From NCBI GenBank assembly GCA_049965815.1, contig JBMFVV010000004.1:1858-65857 (forward strand): DNA of 64,000 nucleotides. The letters run 5' to 3'. The notes below the pieces were generated by a model. It was given only the letters and a program-made list of their open reading frames with translations. It had not been told where the DNA came from and searched no databases. This DNA is from Thermoplasmata archaeon (GTDB lineage: Archaea; Thermoplasmatota; Thermoplasmata; Thermoplasmatales; GCA-001856825). Shown in pieces: positions 1-9,405 of the stretch. How positions within the stretch are numbered: position 1 is the stretch's first letter; each line of letters starts with the position of its first letter. The translations under genes and the position numbers were made by a program.

Positions 1-201
1 AACTCAGGATCAAAAATTAAAGGACATGAGTTTCACCAGTCAAAAGTAGACGATATCAACGAAAAAAGAGTATTTACCAACCTGAGAGGAAAGGGACTTG
101 GCGATGGGAGCGACGGGGTATACTATAACAATGTACTAGCGCTATATTCACACATTATGTTCCCAGGACTAGGTAAATTCGTGGCACAAACTAATATTTG
201 A
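1..201 (+). CDS. 3' fragment (start lies outside the window) of a CbiA/CobB-type cobyrinate a,c-diamide synthase-like amidotransferase
   Basis: Frame 1 is open from base 1 to TGA at 199-201. The translation ...IKGHEFHQSKV...LALYSHIMFPG resembles the GHEFH(Y)S motif and C-terminus of CbiA-type enzymes. Recognised by eye only. Confidence 0.5.
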   Translation, partial: NSGSKIKGHEFHQSKVDDINEKRVFTNLRGKGLGDGSDGVYYNNVLALYSHIMFPGLGKFVAQTNI

Positions 202-609
202 AATAACAACGAACAGTTAAGATGGCTGCAATAGGTCTCTGATCCGCTTAGTTTTCATTAAATATCCTACCTTTGCCTTTTTAGAAAATATTAATCGTAT
301 TCCTTTATGATAAACGACCTTGCACACAATGCTCATAAGGATTAATGGCTCATTCAGGGTAACAAAATATAGTTGGCTATGATCATCATCAAAGCAGGTT
401 CTGAAGGGGCTACCTAAACGGCAAAAAACATTTAGAAGGTAGACAACACCACAATATAAGACTCATTCGCAGAATAAGAATTTTGAGGGGTTCTAAGAAA
501 TTTATTTTCAAACTTTTGAAATGAAGGAAGTAGCAGGTTACGTTATTTACGTTACATTTTTCAAATAAACTTTAAATAATTCAAGTTTATTTTACCTAGA
601 GGAAGCTAC

Positions 610-1605
610 ATGAATAATCACTTGAAAATCGTAATTGCAGTGGTTGTTGTCTTGGCAGTTGTGGCAGGCGGGTTTGTTATTTACCACGAAGATGCCACAG
701 GTAAGGCAAAAGGCGAGATCATTACAATAACTACGGGAGACAACATTCCGCATAAGCTTACAAGGATCGTGTCGCTGGACCCAGCAGCTACTGCCACTCT
801 CTATGCACTCGGAGCTTATAATGACCTTGTGGGAGGCAACTCATATGATTTCTATCCACCAAATGAAAATTTACCGAACGTAACAGATTACCCAAGTATG
901 GACCTAGAACAGATTTTTAATCTGTCTGCAGACGCTGTGATATCATTCAGCAACTACTCTGGAGCACAGATTTCTCAGCTTCTTAACAGCGGGATAAACT
1001 ATGTATTCTTGAGTTCTGACGCTGGAGTAAATTTTAGCGTTATTGAAAAGCAGAACACCCTCCTTGGGGAACTAACTGGAACGGTTGCAAATGCAACATT
1101 GATAAATCAATGGATGAACGCCTCCTTATCTACCCTGCACGCAGATGCTATAAGTTACGACCAATCTGAATACAACGGTACCCCGCTTAGAGGGTTCTAC
1201 TATCTATCGTCATATGGGGGTTACTGGACTGCGGGGAATAATACATTCGTAAATTCTTACTTCCAATATGCGGACATAATCAATATTGCAGCTCCGTATG
1301 ACTCTGGCTTTTATACAATCAATCCAGAAAATATAGTTAACGAAAGTCCGCAAGTAGTCATTCTCGACGATTCTATCAATGCGAGCTCCCTAAATGCAAC
1401 AGGATCACCATTTGCGTCTTCCCCTGCAGTAATGAACGGCAAAGTTTATACGACGACTTCAAATGAAAACATGTTTACGGAACCAAATTTCAGAGACATT
1501 TTTGCAATACAATGGATCATATTCATGGTATACGGTCAAAATCCCGCACTGCCTAATTTCCCGATAAACTTAACTTACAATCCCAATCCAAACGGGGTAA
1601 GCTAG
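610..1605 (+). CDS. ABC transporter substrate-binding protein, FecB/BtuF (iron-siderophore/corrinoid) type, membrane-anchored
   Basis: N-terminal hydrophobic anchor IVIAVVVVLAVVAGGFVIY. RIVSLDPAATATLYALGAYNDLVGG motif typical of class III binding proteins. First gene of a binding-protein/permease/ATPase triad. Many N-x-S/T sequons. Confidence 0.8.
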   Translation: MNNHLKIVIAVVVVLAVVAGGFVIYHEDATGKAKGEIITITTGDNIPHKLTRIVSLDPAATATLYALGAYNDLVGGNSYDFYPPNENLPNVTDYPSMDLEQIFNLSADAVISFSNYSGAQISQLLNSGINYVFLSSDAGVNFSVIEKQNTLLGELTGTVANATLINQWMNASLSTLHADAISYDQSEYNGTPLRGFYYLSSYGGYWTAGNNTFVNSYFQYADIINIAAPYDSGFYTINPENIVNESPQVVILDDSINASSLNATGSPFASSPAVMNGKVYTTTSNENMFTEPNFRDIFAIQWIIFMVYGQNPALPNFPINLTYNPNPNGVS

Positions 1606-1610
1606 AGGGT

Positions 1611-2690
1611 ATGAACGTATTAGAGAACGAGAGAGTGAAAGCCTTTATTCAAAGACGTCGAGATATGAAACACCTTTGGATAGGCTTCCTTTTTTTTCTT
1701 CTAATTATTACAATCCTCCTATCAGATTTTATAGGATCGGTTAGAATACCGATCTTGAGTTTATTAGAAATTTACGGAAGTCAGATTCCATTTCTCTCTC
1801 ATTTTGTACCTCATGGCTATACCCTAGCTCAAGAGCAGATAATAATTCAGCTTAGAGAGCCAGAGATACTAGGTGGTGTTGTGATAGGAGCTTCACTCGG
1901 GATTGGGGGAGCCGCAATACAGAGCATATTCAGAAACCCGATAACTGAGCCTTACATAATCGGTCTCTCAAGCGGTGCGTCCTTGGGAGCGGTGGCATCA
2001 ATAGTTTTAGGGTTGACAATATTTGGGATCTATACCCAACAGGTAACAGCTTTTATCTTTGGCCTTTCTGTAGTATTTATCGTATATTTCTTTGCTCTAA
2101 AAGGAGGAAAAGTACATCCAACTTATCTTCTCTTGACAGGAGTGGCAATATCTTTCTTTGTTTCGGCTTTAGTTGCTCTTCTTCTTTTTACAAATATAAA
2201 TTTGCAAGGCGAAGCCTTCTTCTGGCTATTAGGATCTCTAGAGGATATAAATTGGACTGTGTTCTACCCAGTAGCGATTGTCGTCCTGGCAACATCATAT
2301 GCAATCTATCTTCAACATAGGGAGCTTGATGCTATCCAGATGGGCGACATGCACGCAAGGTCAGTTGGGGTAAACGTAGAGAGGACTAAGAGAATAACTA
2401 TCTTCATGGTGGCCCTTGGTGTATCCGCTTCAGTGTCAATTAGTGGTCTTATAGGGTTTGTTGGCCTAGTAATGCCTCACCTGTCAAGAATGCTTCTAGG
2501 GGGGTCAAACAAGCACGTAATTCCAGCCTCAGGAATACTTGGAGCAATATTCCTAATCTGTGCTGATGATATTGCCAGAGGGATAGTTCCAGGAGTTGTG
2601 ATACCAATAGGGATAGTGACAGGTATCATCGGAGTTCCGTTCTTAATGTACTTTATGAGAAAACTTACTGGAGGAAGGTATGAAGGTTGA
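1611..2690 (+). CDS. ABC transporter permease, FecCD/BtuC family
   Basis: Polytopic membrane protein with the glycine-rich helices of FecCD permeases (GASLGIGGAAIQSIFRNPITEPYIIGLSSGASLG). Starts 6 nt after the binding-protein gene and overlaps the ATPase gene. Confidence 0.85.
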   Translation: MNVLENERVKAFIQRRRDMKHLWIGFLFFLLIITILLSDFIGSVRIPILSLLEIYGSQIPFLSHFVPHGYTLAQEQIIIQLREPEILGGVVIGASLGIGGAAIQSIFRNPITEPYIIGLSSGASLGAVASIVLGLTIFGIYTQQVTAFIFGLSVVFIVYFFALKGGKVHPTYLLLTGVAISFFVSALVALLLFTNINLQGEAFFWLLGSLEDINWTVFYPVAIVVLATSYAIYLQHRELDAIQMGDMHARSVGVNVERTKRITIFMVALGVSASVSISGLIGFVGLVMPHLSRMLLGGSNKHVIPASGILGAIFLICADDIARGIVPGVVIPIGIVTGIIGVPFLMYFMRKLTGGRYEG

Positions 2691-3423
2691 AATTGAAAAC
2701 GTGACGTTCCAGGTGCCTTCATTCAGGCTTGGTCCTTTAGATTTTTCAGTTGAAGATGGCACTATAACAGCAATAATAGGTAAAAATGGTTCAGGAAAAT
2801 CTACCACGTTGAAACTCATTCACGGAGACCTTAAGCCGAATACAGGAACTATACTTATTGATAAGTCTAAGGTATCATCACTTACAAGTCTGCAGCTTGC
2901 AGAAAAGACATCATTTGTATGGCAGGAAATTTATAGCCCTATGAGTTTTTCTGTGAGGGATGTGATGAACGTATCTGGTTACAAAAGAGGCATTGATGAA
3001 AACAGGATGGAAGCAGCCCTAGATAAGGTTGGACTTGCAGCTTTCATCGACAGAGACTTCTCTGTTCTAAGTGGAGGAGAAAGAAGGCTAGTGACACTTG
3101 CCGCAGCAATTTATCAAGACTCGGAAATCATGATCATGGATGAACCGACGAATTTCTTAGATATAGACAATCAGATTCTCATTTACAATCTTATGAAGAC
3201 CTTGAGGGAAGAAGGGAAAACAATCATCATGACTATGCACGATCTAGATGCAGTTCATAACCTTGCAGATTCGGTGCTCATACTGAGAGACGGGAAAAAG
3301 GTGGCTTGGGGTGATACGGATTCAACGCTGACGCTAGAAAATCTCAATAAAGCATTCAATGTCTCATTTCACACTTACGATACTGTTAATGGAAGTGCCT
3401 TTATTGGTTCTTATAATGGGTGA
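2680..3423 (+). CDS. ABC transporter ATP-binding protein (FepC/BtuD-like)
   Basis: Walker A GKNGSGKST, ABC signature LSGGERRL, Walker B IMIMDEPTNFLD. Confidence 0.9.
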   Translation: MKVEIENVTFQVPSFRLGPLDFSVEDGTITAIIGKNGSGKSTTLKLIHGDLKPNTGTILIDKSKVSSLTSLQLAEKTSFVWQEIYSPMSFSVRDVMNVSGYKRGIDENRMEAALDKVGLAAFIDRDFSVLSGGERRLVTLAAAIYQDSEIMIMDEPTNFLDIDNQILIYNLMKTLREEGKTIIMTMHDLDAVHNLADSVLILRDGKKVAWGDTDSTLTLENLNKAFNVSFHTYDTVNGSAFIGSYNG

Positions 3424-3588
3424 ACTGACCTCCTAAAGATCCATTTATAGAGGCGTCTCTGTTCCTATTGATATAACGTTAAGGTTATGCGAAGCACCTA
3501 TCAAATGCACCAAAGTGAAAAATCAATGAAAAGTTCGAAGATATATTTGAAAAATTATCCAGATGATAATAGAATTTATTGGTTACCC

Positions 3589-4455
3589 TCAGTCCAGAGT
3601 AAGACCGGATGACGAAATCTTTGTCTTTATGGGATCTCCATATTTTCTAAGAATATCAAGAGTATCTTGATCGTAGAGTGCAATTATGCTATCTCCAATT
3701 AGTGAAACTGAGACATATTTTCCAGTAAGGTCGTTTAAAATCTTCTCTGCCTTCTGTGAAACTAGTCCTGAATCAAACGCAAATTTACGCCCAATGACAA
3801 AGGCATTCTTCAGCGTCGGTCTCTTCATAAATGCCTTGAAAGCTTTCTTTCCATTGGTCACGATCTCTTCCAGGCTAGAAGGGGATTTTATGATTTCTCC
3901 AGTCGGGGTCTTCTTTTTGTATGGAAGTATGATGAGCTCTGTAGGTCCCTCCAGTATCTTTTCAGTAATGGAATATGGGAAACTTCCCCCTTTCAGCCGT
4001 ACATGAAATCCACCCATCATCTGGGACTGGACATCCCCCAGACCGGTTCCTCGCTCAAGCTCAATTCTATGGGCCATCTCGTATATTTCTCCACTCATGG
4101 CGTCGTCGCCAATAATTGCTGCAGCAGTTGTGATAGCTGCCCCCGCACTCAATCCAAATCCACTTGAAGGTGGAAGGTCAGAATAAGAAAATATCCTCCC
4201 TTTGAAATTTAACAGTTTTGCGACTTCTTCCTGTACTGAGTTATCAATGGGTATTCCGTTGAATCTTATGTCCATTGAATCGGAGCGTTCAACCCGTGTC
4301 GTGATTCCTGTCTCAATACATATAGCCACACCTTTTGATCCTTTCCTCAACACGTTCAGTTCCTTATTTGGAACAAAGAATAGGGTTGCGCTTCCTGGAG
4401 AAAACGCTTTATGGGAGTAAATCGAGGATTCTCCCTGCAACTTCAAGCTTGTCAC
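3589..4455 (-). CDS. Pantoate kinase (archaeal CoA pathway, GHMP kinase superfamily); start codon uncertain (GTG 4455 or a downstream TTG)
   Basis: GHMP motif SSGFGLSAGAAITTAAAI. AFSPGSATLFFVP and AHRIELERGTGLGDVQSQMMGG blocks match my recollection of Thermococcus pantoate kinase. Overlaps the 3' end of coaBC on the same strand. Confidence 0.65.
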   Translation of the reverse strand: MTSLKLQGESSIYSHKAFSPGSATLFFVPNKELNVLRKGSKGVAICIETGITTRVERSDSMDIRFNGIPIDNSVQEEVAKLLNFKGRIFSYSDLPPSSGFGLSAGAAITTAAAIIGDDAMSGEIYEMAHRIELERGTGLGDVQSQMMGGFHVRLKGGSFPYSITEKILEGPTELIILPYKKKTPTGEIIKSPSSLEEIVTNGKKAFKAFMKRPTLKNAFVIGRKFAFDSGLVSQKAEKILNDLTGKYVSVSLIGDSIIALYDQDTLDILRKYGDPIKTKISSSGLTLD

Positions 4456-5578
4456 CTTCCATTTCTACTTCTTTCTTCCCAGTTATTGCAACCACTTTTG
4501 TATACCCCATCTTTACGTCCTTCAGATCGTTTGCTATTATCATATTTAGAGAATATTCAGACATCCTCTTTCTTGCTCTAGCGACAAGATCTTTCTTAGA
4601 AATACCATATTCAGCCTTGAAACCAACTATAACTCCTTTGTACTTCTCTCTCAGAAGCTTTAGGAACTTTGGTGTTGGTTTTAGTGTTATCGAAAATGGC
4701 TTGTCGGTGGCTATCTTCCCTTCTATTTTGTTAGTTGTGAAGTCAGATAGCGCTGCAGGTACGATTACTGCATCACTTTTCTTTATCGAATCTATCTTTG
4801 ACAGGAGGGATGCAAGATTTGTAAATTTCTCATACTTAAGGAAGGTCGGTATTTCTACGCTTACATTTCCAAGGACCAGCTTCACATCGGCTCCAAGATA
4901 GTAAGCCATGGTTGCAATGTCAATGGACGTTTCACCAGTTGAATTATTGGATATCACTCTCACATCATCGATATTTTCATAGCTAGAGCCTCCAATAATC
5001 GAGATCTTTTTCCCTTTAAGCTCAGAATGCAGTACCCTGATGACCTCCGCAGCGATTGATCGGTAATCGGCTATTTTTGCCTTTTCCTCTTCAATTTGAG
5101 GGTCTAGTAAGGCGACCCCATACGACTTTAGAACTTCAATGTTCTTTCGAATTATCGGGTTTGTGTACATATTTATATGCATTGCAGGAACGACTACTAC
5201 TGGGATTTTCCCAATTGCGTTGGAAAAAACTGAAGTAACAGTGGAATCGTCTATTCCAAGGGATATCTTTGAAATTGTGTTGGCAGTAGCGGGTGCAATC
5301 AAAAAAAGATCGGAGTCCTCAACTAGTCTAACATGTTCAATAGCCCCAGTGAGTTCTTCAACAACCTTGTTTCCCGAAGCGTATTCAAGGCTGTACGGAT
5401 GAATAATCCTCTTTGCAGATTCCGTAATGACTGGAAATACCTCAGCTCCATGGCGTCTAAGTTCGTGAATTAGACGTACGGATTCGACTGCTGAGATTGA
5501 GCCAGTGACGCCCAGAATAATCTTCCTATCTTTCAGCAGCGAAGTTTTTAGATTGAACTCCACTCTATTTTTTGGCAC
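4409..5578 (-). CDS. coaBC: Bifunctional phosphopantothenoylcysteine decarboxylase / phosphopantothenate-cysteine ligase
   Basis: N-terminal flavoprotein domain (KIILGVTGSISAVESVRLIHELRRHGAEV) followed by a CoaB-like C-terminal domain (GGSSYENIDDVRVISNNSTG). Confidence 0.85.
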   Translation of the reverse strand: MPKNRVEFNLKTSLLKDRKIILGVTGSISAVESVRLIHELRRHGAEVFPVITESAKRIIHPYSLEYASGNKVVEELTGAIEHVRLVEDSDLFLIAPATANTISKISLGIDDSTVTSVFSNAIGKIPVVVVPAMHINMYTNPIIRKNIEVLKSYGVALLDPQIEEEKAKIADYRSIAAEVIRVLHSELKGKKISIIGGSSYENIDDVRVISNNSTGETSIDIATMAYYLGADVKLVLGNVSVEIPTFLKYEKFTNLASLLSKIDSIKKSDAVIVPAALSDFTTNKIEGKIATDKPFSITLKPTPKFLKLLREKYKGVIVGFKAEYGISKKDLVARARKRMSEYSLNMIIANDLKDVKMGYTKVVAITGKKEVEMEGDKLEVAGRILDLLP

Positions 5579-5632
5579 TTGACTACATATTATTTACGAT
5601 AAAAAATTTAATGATGTTCCTCCTCTCCAACT

Positions 5633-6982
5633 ATGGAAGTTAAGGATACCCTCTCCGCCACTATGAAAACTGTGGAAACTAGGGAAGGAAGAAGGTTGAA
5701 CATGTTTGTCTGCGGACCCACGGTGCAGGATAAACCTCACATGGGTCACGCTAGGACTTACATTTTCTACGATGTACTTGCCAGATATCTGAAGTACCGA
5801 GGTGTAAGATTGTTCTATCTTATGAATATCACAGACATCGAGGATCATATAATAGCGAAGATGGAGGAGACGGGGAGATCCTGGGAAGACATAACTGCAG
5901 CCTATTCTTCCGAATTCTTCGAAATAATGAGGAAACTGAAGAACAACTCAGTGAACTACTATGCATTCGCAACAGATTACATAAAGGAGATAATCGAACA
6001 GATTTCTAAGCTGATTGAGAAAGGATATGCATACAAGATATCCGATGGTATATACTTTAGGGTAAGGAAATTCAAGGATTATGGGAATCTTTCAAAGCAA
6101 AATCTTGATGAGCTCAGGGCTGGAGCAAGGGTCGAAGTAAAGGAAGAAAAAGAGGATCCGCTTGACTTTGCACTATGGAAAATGAAAAAAGTGGGGGAAC
6201 CTTCGTGGCCTAGTCCCTGGGGAGATGGAAGGCCGGGATGGCACATCGAAGATACGGCAATAACAGAATCGATATTCGGCCCGCAGTACGATATCCACGG
6301 AGGGGCAAAGGATCTAATTTTCCCACACCACGAGTCTGAAATAGCCCAGATGGAAGCTATCTCTGGGAAAAAACCGATCGTCAAGTACTGGGTCCATACT
6401 GGACACCTCAATGTGGATGATATCAAGATGAGCAAGAGTCTCAAGAATTTTGTTACAGTGGAAGATGCGCTCAGAAGCTACTGGCCAGAGGCAATAAGAA
6501 TATTAATGCTTTCCATGAAGTACAGTGCGGCAGTAAACTTTGAGGAGAAGGCCGCTATGGATGCTCAAGGAAATGCAGAAAAGATTTCCATACTTTATCA
6601 TAGAGTTAGTGGCGTACCGGAATTAAAGAGCAACAGGGCAATGGAGATAACTGGAAGGATCTTTGCTCCGCTCGAAAACGATATGAATACTCCAGAGACC
6701 ATTCGGGAAATAATTAGCTTCGTCAAGGATTCTCTCGCCAAGAACAGAATGACAGATGAGGAAAGGGGAGAAATTCTGTACGTCCTTGGTCAGGTAGAAG
6801 CAGTCACAGGTATAGTGCATACGATGCCTCTCCCCGAGAAATCAATAGACATTATACTGAACATGAGAAATGAGTCTAGAAAGAAGGGGGACTACAAGTC
6901 TGCAGACATGATCAGGGATACCCTTAAATCTCTTGGAATTCATATAGAAGATACAGCAGAAGGGAGTTATCTATGGTGGTAA
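5633..6982 (+). CDS. cysS: Cysteine--tRNA ligase
   Basis: Class I HIGH-type motif PHMGHARTY and a KMSKS motif (DIKMSKSLKNF), with overall CysRS-like layout. Confidence 0.93.
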   Translation: MEVKDTLSATMKTVETREGRRLNMFVCGPTVQDKPHMGHARTYIFYDVLARYLKYRGVRLFYLMNITDIEDHIIAKMEETGRSWEDITAAYSSEFFEIMRKLKNNSVNYYAFATDYIKEIIEQISKLIEKGYAYKISDGIYFRVRKFKDYGNLSKQNLDELRAGARVEVKEEKEDPLDFALWKMKKVGEPSWPSPWGDGRPGWHIEDTAITESIFGPQYDIHGGAKDLIFPHHESEIAQMEAISGKKPIVKYWVHTGHLNVDDIKMSKSLKNFVTVEDALRSYWPEAIRILMLSMKYSAAVNFEEKAAMDAQGNAEKISILYHRVSGVPELKSNRAMEITGRIFAPLENDMNTPETIREIISFVKDSLAKNRMTDEERGEILYVLGQVEAVTGIVHTMPLPEKSIDIILNMRNESRKKGDYKSADMIRDTLKSLGIHIEDTAEGSYLWW

Positions 6983-7500
6983 AATTTGATGCCATAGTTT
7001 CAATAGACCTGATAAATGATTTTGTCACCGGAAAACTTGGGCGTCCCAAGTTCAAGAAAGTGGTAAAAACAACCAGAGAATTGATAGAAGAGACTGGGAA
7101 GCCTGCTATTCTTGTTCAAGACTCACACTCTAAGGGTGATCCTGAAATCAGGATCTGGGGATACCACGCCATGGAGGGGGAGCAGGGGTCGGAGACGGTA
7201 CCGGATCTGGAAGGGATGGGGTATGTGATAAGGAAACATACATACGACGCCTTTTTCAATACAAATTTAGAGGATATCCTTGTTGAGAAAGGTGCGAAGA
7301 GAGTAGTATTTTGTGGATTGGTTACTGATATATGCATCGTTCATTCAGTTGCCTCAGCTTTTTTTAGAGGATTCCGTCCAATAATTGTTGAAGAATGTAC
7401 AGATACATATTCTCCAACAGAGAAGAAAAGAGTCCTTGAATATATGAAGAAGAATTATGGAGCAAAAATAATATCTCTCAGGGATATCCTGCCAAAATGA
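6973..7500 (+). CDS. pncA: Isochorismatase-family cysteine hydrolase, probable nicotinamidase
   Basis: Isochorismatase-fold motifs (VSIDLINDF; CGLVTDICIVHS with the catalytic Cys). Start overlaps the cysS stop and the stop overlaps the NAPRTase start, so the assignment is contextual (NAD salvage). Confidence 0.65.
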   Translation: MVVKFDAIVSIDLINDFVTGKLGRPKFKKVVKTTRELIEETGKPAILVQDSHSKGDPEIRIWGYHAMEGEQGSETVPDLEGMGYVIRKHTYDAFFNTNLEDILVEKGAKRVVFCGLVTDICIVHSVASAFFRGFRPIIVEECTDTYSPTEKKRVLEYMKKNYGAKIISLRDILPK

Positions 7501-8660
7501 AGAATATAGCTTCCGTTGAGGAAATCACAAATCTGAAGACTACAGACATTTATTTCATCAGGGCTAGAGAGGTCTTAAAGAAGATAGGTTTCAATCCTAG
7601 GGTCGTGATGGAAATCACGTGTTCCTCAAGGGAACTTCCTTGGATTACCCTTTCAGGGCTAGACGACCTTACTGATCTACTGGAAGGGGCAAATGTGGAT
7701 GTGTATTCTCTTCCTGAAGGGACTGTTTTCCCTCCCAGAGACATGAGAGGGATACCAATTCCTGCAGTTAAGGTAGTTGGCAAATATCTTGATTTTGGTA
7801 TGCTTGAGACTCCAATGCTGGGCTCATTATCACAGGCATCAGGCATTGCCACTAAGGCGTCATTCTTCAAGAAAAGAATTGGAGAACTCCCGCTACTTTC
7901 GTTTGGAGTACGAAGAATGCATCCGGCTTTAGCCCCCCTTATAGATAGAAACTCATACATCGGTGGTTGTGACAAGGTATCAAGCATAATTGGTGCTGAA
8001 AGGATATCAAAGAAGGCAGAAGGTACCATGCCACATTCCCTTCTACTATTGCTAGGAGAAGAAAGGGGGTGGAAGTTATATGATGAAGTTACAGAGAAGG
8101 GAACACCTAGAATTGCTCTAGTGGACACTTACGGGGACGAAAAGGAATCATCAATTAGGGCGGCTGAAACGATCAAGGGGCTCAATGCGGTGAGATTAGA
8201 TACTCCCTCTTCGAGACGTGGCAATTTCCCGGACATAGTGAGAGAGGTAAGATGGGAACTGGACCGCAGGGGAAAGAAGGACGTCGGGATCATAGTTTCT
8301 GGTGGAATCAAGGAGGAAGACATAGAAGGGCTCAAGAAGGCTGGTGCTTCAGGATTCGGGGTAGGTACAGCAATCTCGAGTGCAGCAGCAGTTGATTTCG
8401 CGATGGACATAGTAAAGATTGAAGGACGTGACAAGACGAAAAAGGGAAAATTCTCCGGGGATAAGAATGTGTTCAGATGCAAGAAGTGTCATTCATACCT
8501 GGTGTCAACAAACGCAAAGGAGAAGTGCCCTGTAGATGGAAGTCAGATGGAAAGTTTATTCCAGAAAATAGTAGAGAAGGGGAAAGTAATCTATAAAGAA
8601 GACATAGACGGCACCAGAAAATCTGTCATGGAACAGCTTGGGTGGTACCAATTATCCTAG
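7497..8660 (+). CDS. pncB: Nicotinate phosphoribosyltransferase (archaeal type) with a C-terminal zinc ribbon
   Basis: Size and blocks of the NAPRTase family (LLSFGVRRMHP, GTMPHSLLL, ALVDTYGDE, VRLDTP). C-terminal CKKCHS...CPVDG pair. Confidence 0.75.
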   Translation: MKNIASVEEITNLKTTDIYFIRAREVLKKIGFNPRVVMEITCSSRELPWITLSGLDDLTDLLEGANVDVYSLPEGTVFPPRDMRGIPIPAVKVVGKYLDFGMLETPMLGSLSQASGIATKASFFKKRIGELPLLSFGVRRMHPALAPLIDRNSYIGGCDKVSSIIGAERISKKAEGTMPHSLLLLLGEERGWKLYDEVTEKGTPRIALVDTYGDEKESSIRAAETIKGLNAVRLDTPSSRRGNFPDIVREVRWELDRRGKKDVGIIVSGGIKEEDIEGLKKAGASGFGVGTAISSAAAVDFAMDIVKIEGRDKTKKGKFSGDKNVFRCKKCHSYLVSTNAKEKCPVDGSQMESLFQKIVEKGKVIYKEDIDGTRKSVMEQLGWYQLS

Positions 8661-9226
8661 TAACAGGCTTCAAACCTTATTCGATCTTCAAGAGGAATCC
8701 TTCAGGTGAGATTGCCGAGCTTCTGAACGGATCATATTTCAAGGGGATTGAAGTCGTTGGACTAGCTTTAGAAGTAAAACATTCTGAGATAGAGAAGAGA
8801 TTCAGACAAGAACTGGAAAGAGGATACGATATCATAATCAACACTGGTTTGTCACCAGGACGTAGCGTTATAGGCATTGAAAAGATAGCTGTCAACTGGC
8901 AAGGTGATTCTAAAGACGAAGAGGGAAAGTTATCGAAGCCAGGAAGAATCATTGAAGAGGCTCCAGATGGTATGTTTTCAAGGCTACCCGTAGAGGATAT
9001 ACTTCATTCACTGAGGTCTTCAAAAATTCCATCAGAAATTTCGTTTTCCGCTGGTACGTTCCTCTGCAACAAGATATTCTTCTATTCGCTTTACTATTCA
9101 TCTGCAAGGGCAGGTTTTATCCATTTCCCCGTTGACTCAGAAAGTTCGCTTGATGGAAAATACCCTACAATGATAATTGACTTTATGATCAAATCCGTAG
9201 AAATGGCGATTCAGAAAACAATATGA
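8642..9226 (+). CDS. pcp: Pyrrolidone-carboxylate (pyroglutamyl) peptidase I
   Basis: ILVTGFKPY...NPSGEIAE at the N-terminus, catalytic-Cys context AGTFLCN, and His context GFIHFP. Confidence 0.85.
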   Translation: MVPIILVTGFKPYSIFKRNPSGEIAELLNGSYFKGIEVVGLALEVKHSEIEKRFRQELERGYDIIINTGLSPGRSVIGIEKIAVNWQGDSKDEEGKLSKPGRIIEEAPDGMFSRLPVEDILHSLRSSKIPSEISFSAGTFLCNKIFFYSLYYSSARAGFIHFPVDSESSLDGKYPTMIIDFMIKSVEMAIQKTI

Positions 9227-9228
9227 CC

Positions 9229-9378
9229 TTACTGTCCGCCCCTCTTTTCCTTAGCCTTCATTCTAAGTTCGTGGCTACCGCACTTCCTGCACGTTGTAGC
9301 CCTTATTGGGTTTGAAGCGTAGCAGTGCATGCATATCTTCTTGTTGAATATTCTATCGATTGCTTCTTTGAAAGGCAT
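9229..9378 (-). CDS. rpl40e: 50S ribosomal protein L40e (49 aa; below the ORF-track size threshold)
   Basis: My manual translation of the reverse strand gives [49 protein letters not shown]. It has the CxxC...CxxC zinc ribbon and basic tail typical of archaeal L40e, with ATG at 9378-9376 and TAA at 9231-9229. Confidence 0.85.
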   Translation of the reverse strand: MPFKEAIDRIFNKKICMHCYASNPIRATTCRKCGSHELRMKAKEKRGGQ

Positions 9379-9397
9379 TCGTTCGTAATTAACACTC

Positions 9398-9405
9398 TAT
9401 ATAAA
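9398..9405 (-). promoter_or_regulatory. TATA box candidate for rpl40e (implies a leaderless or near-leaderless mRNA)
   Basis: The reverse strand reads TTTATATA, centred about 23 nt upstream of the L40e ATG. Confidence 0.4.

Noticed and set aside
489-499. The 11-mer GGTTCTAAGAA, shared with the right junction of the IS1634-like element (15010-15020).
   Set aside because: Hundreds of 11-mer repeat pairs are expected within 64 kb, and the flanks do not extend the similarity.
202-609. A possible cobalamin riboswitch or small basic ORF in the 409-nt gap before the ABC importer. Also a 10-bp inverted repeat (563-572 with 583-592) and a tandem TTACGTTA-T-TTACGTTA (538-554).
   Set aside because: I could find no B12-box-like sequence. 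The inverted repeat consists only of A/T apart from a single G/C position, and 8-10-mers of this kind are expected by chance about once or more in 64 kb of AT-rich DNA. They remain possible operator candidates, but I cannot support them.
4335-4901. Long antisense ORFs opposite well-supported genes. Examples: 4335-4901 opposite coaBC, 7550-8128 opposite the NAPRTase, 37845-38396 opposite the acyl-CoA dehydrogenase, 42574-43191 opposite nrdJ, 49019-49432 and others inside the ribosomal cluster.
   Set aside because: Each lies entirely within a gene that has clear family motifs on the other strand. Their translations are low-complexity (S/P/L/F-rich) with no recognisable motif. They are typical shadow ORFs.
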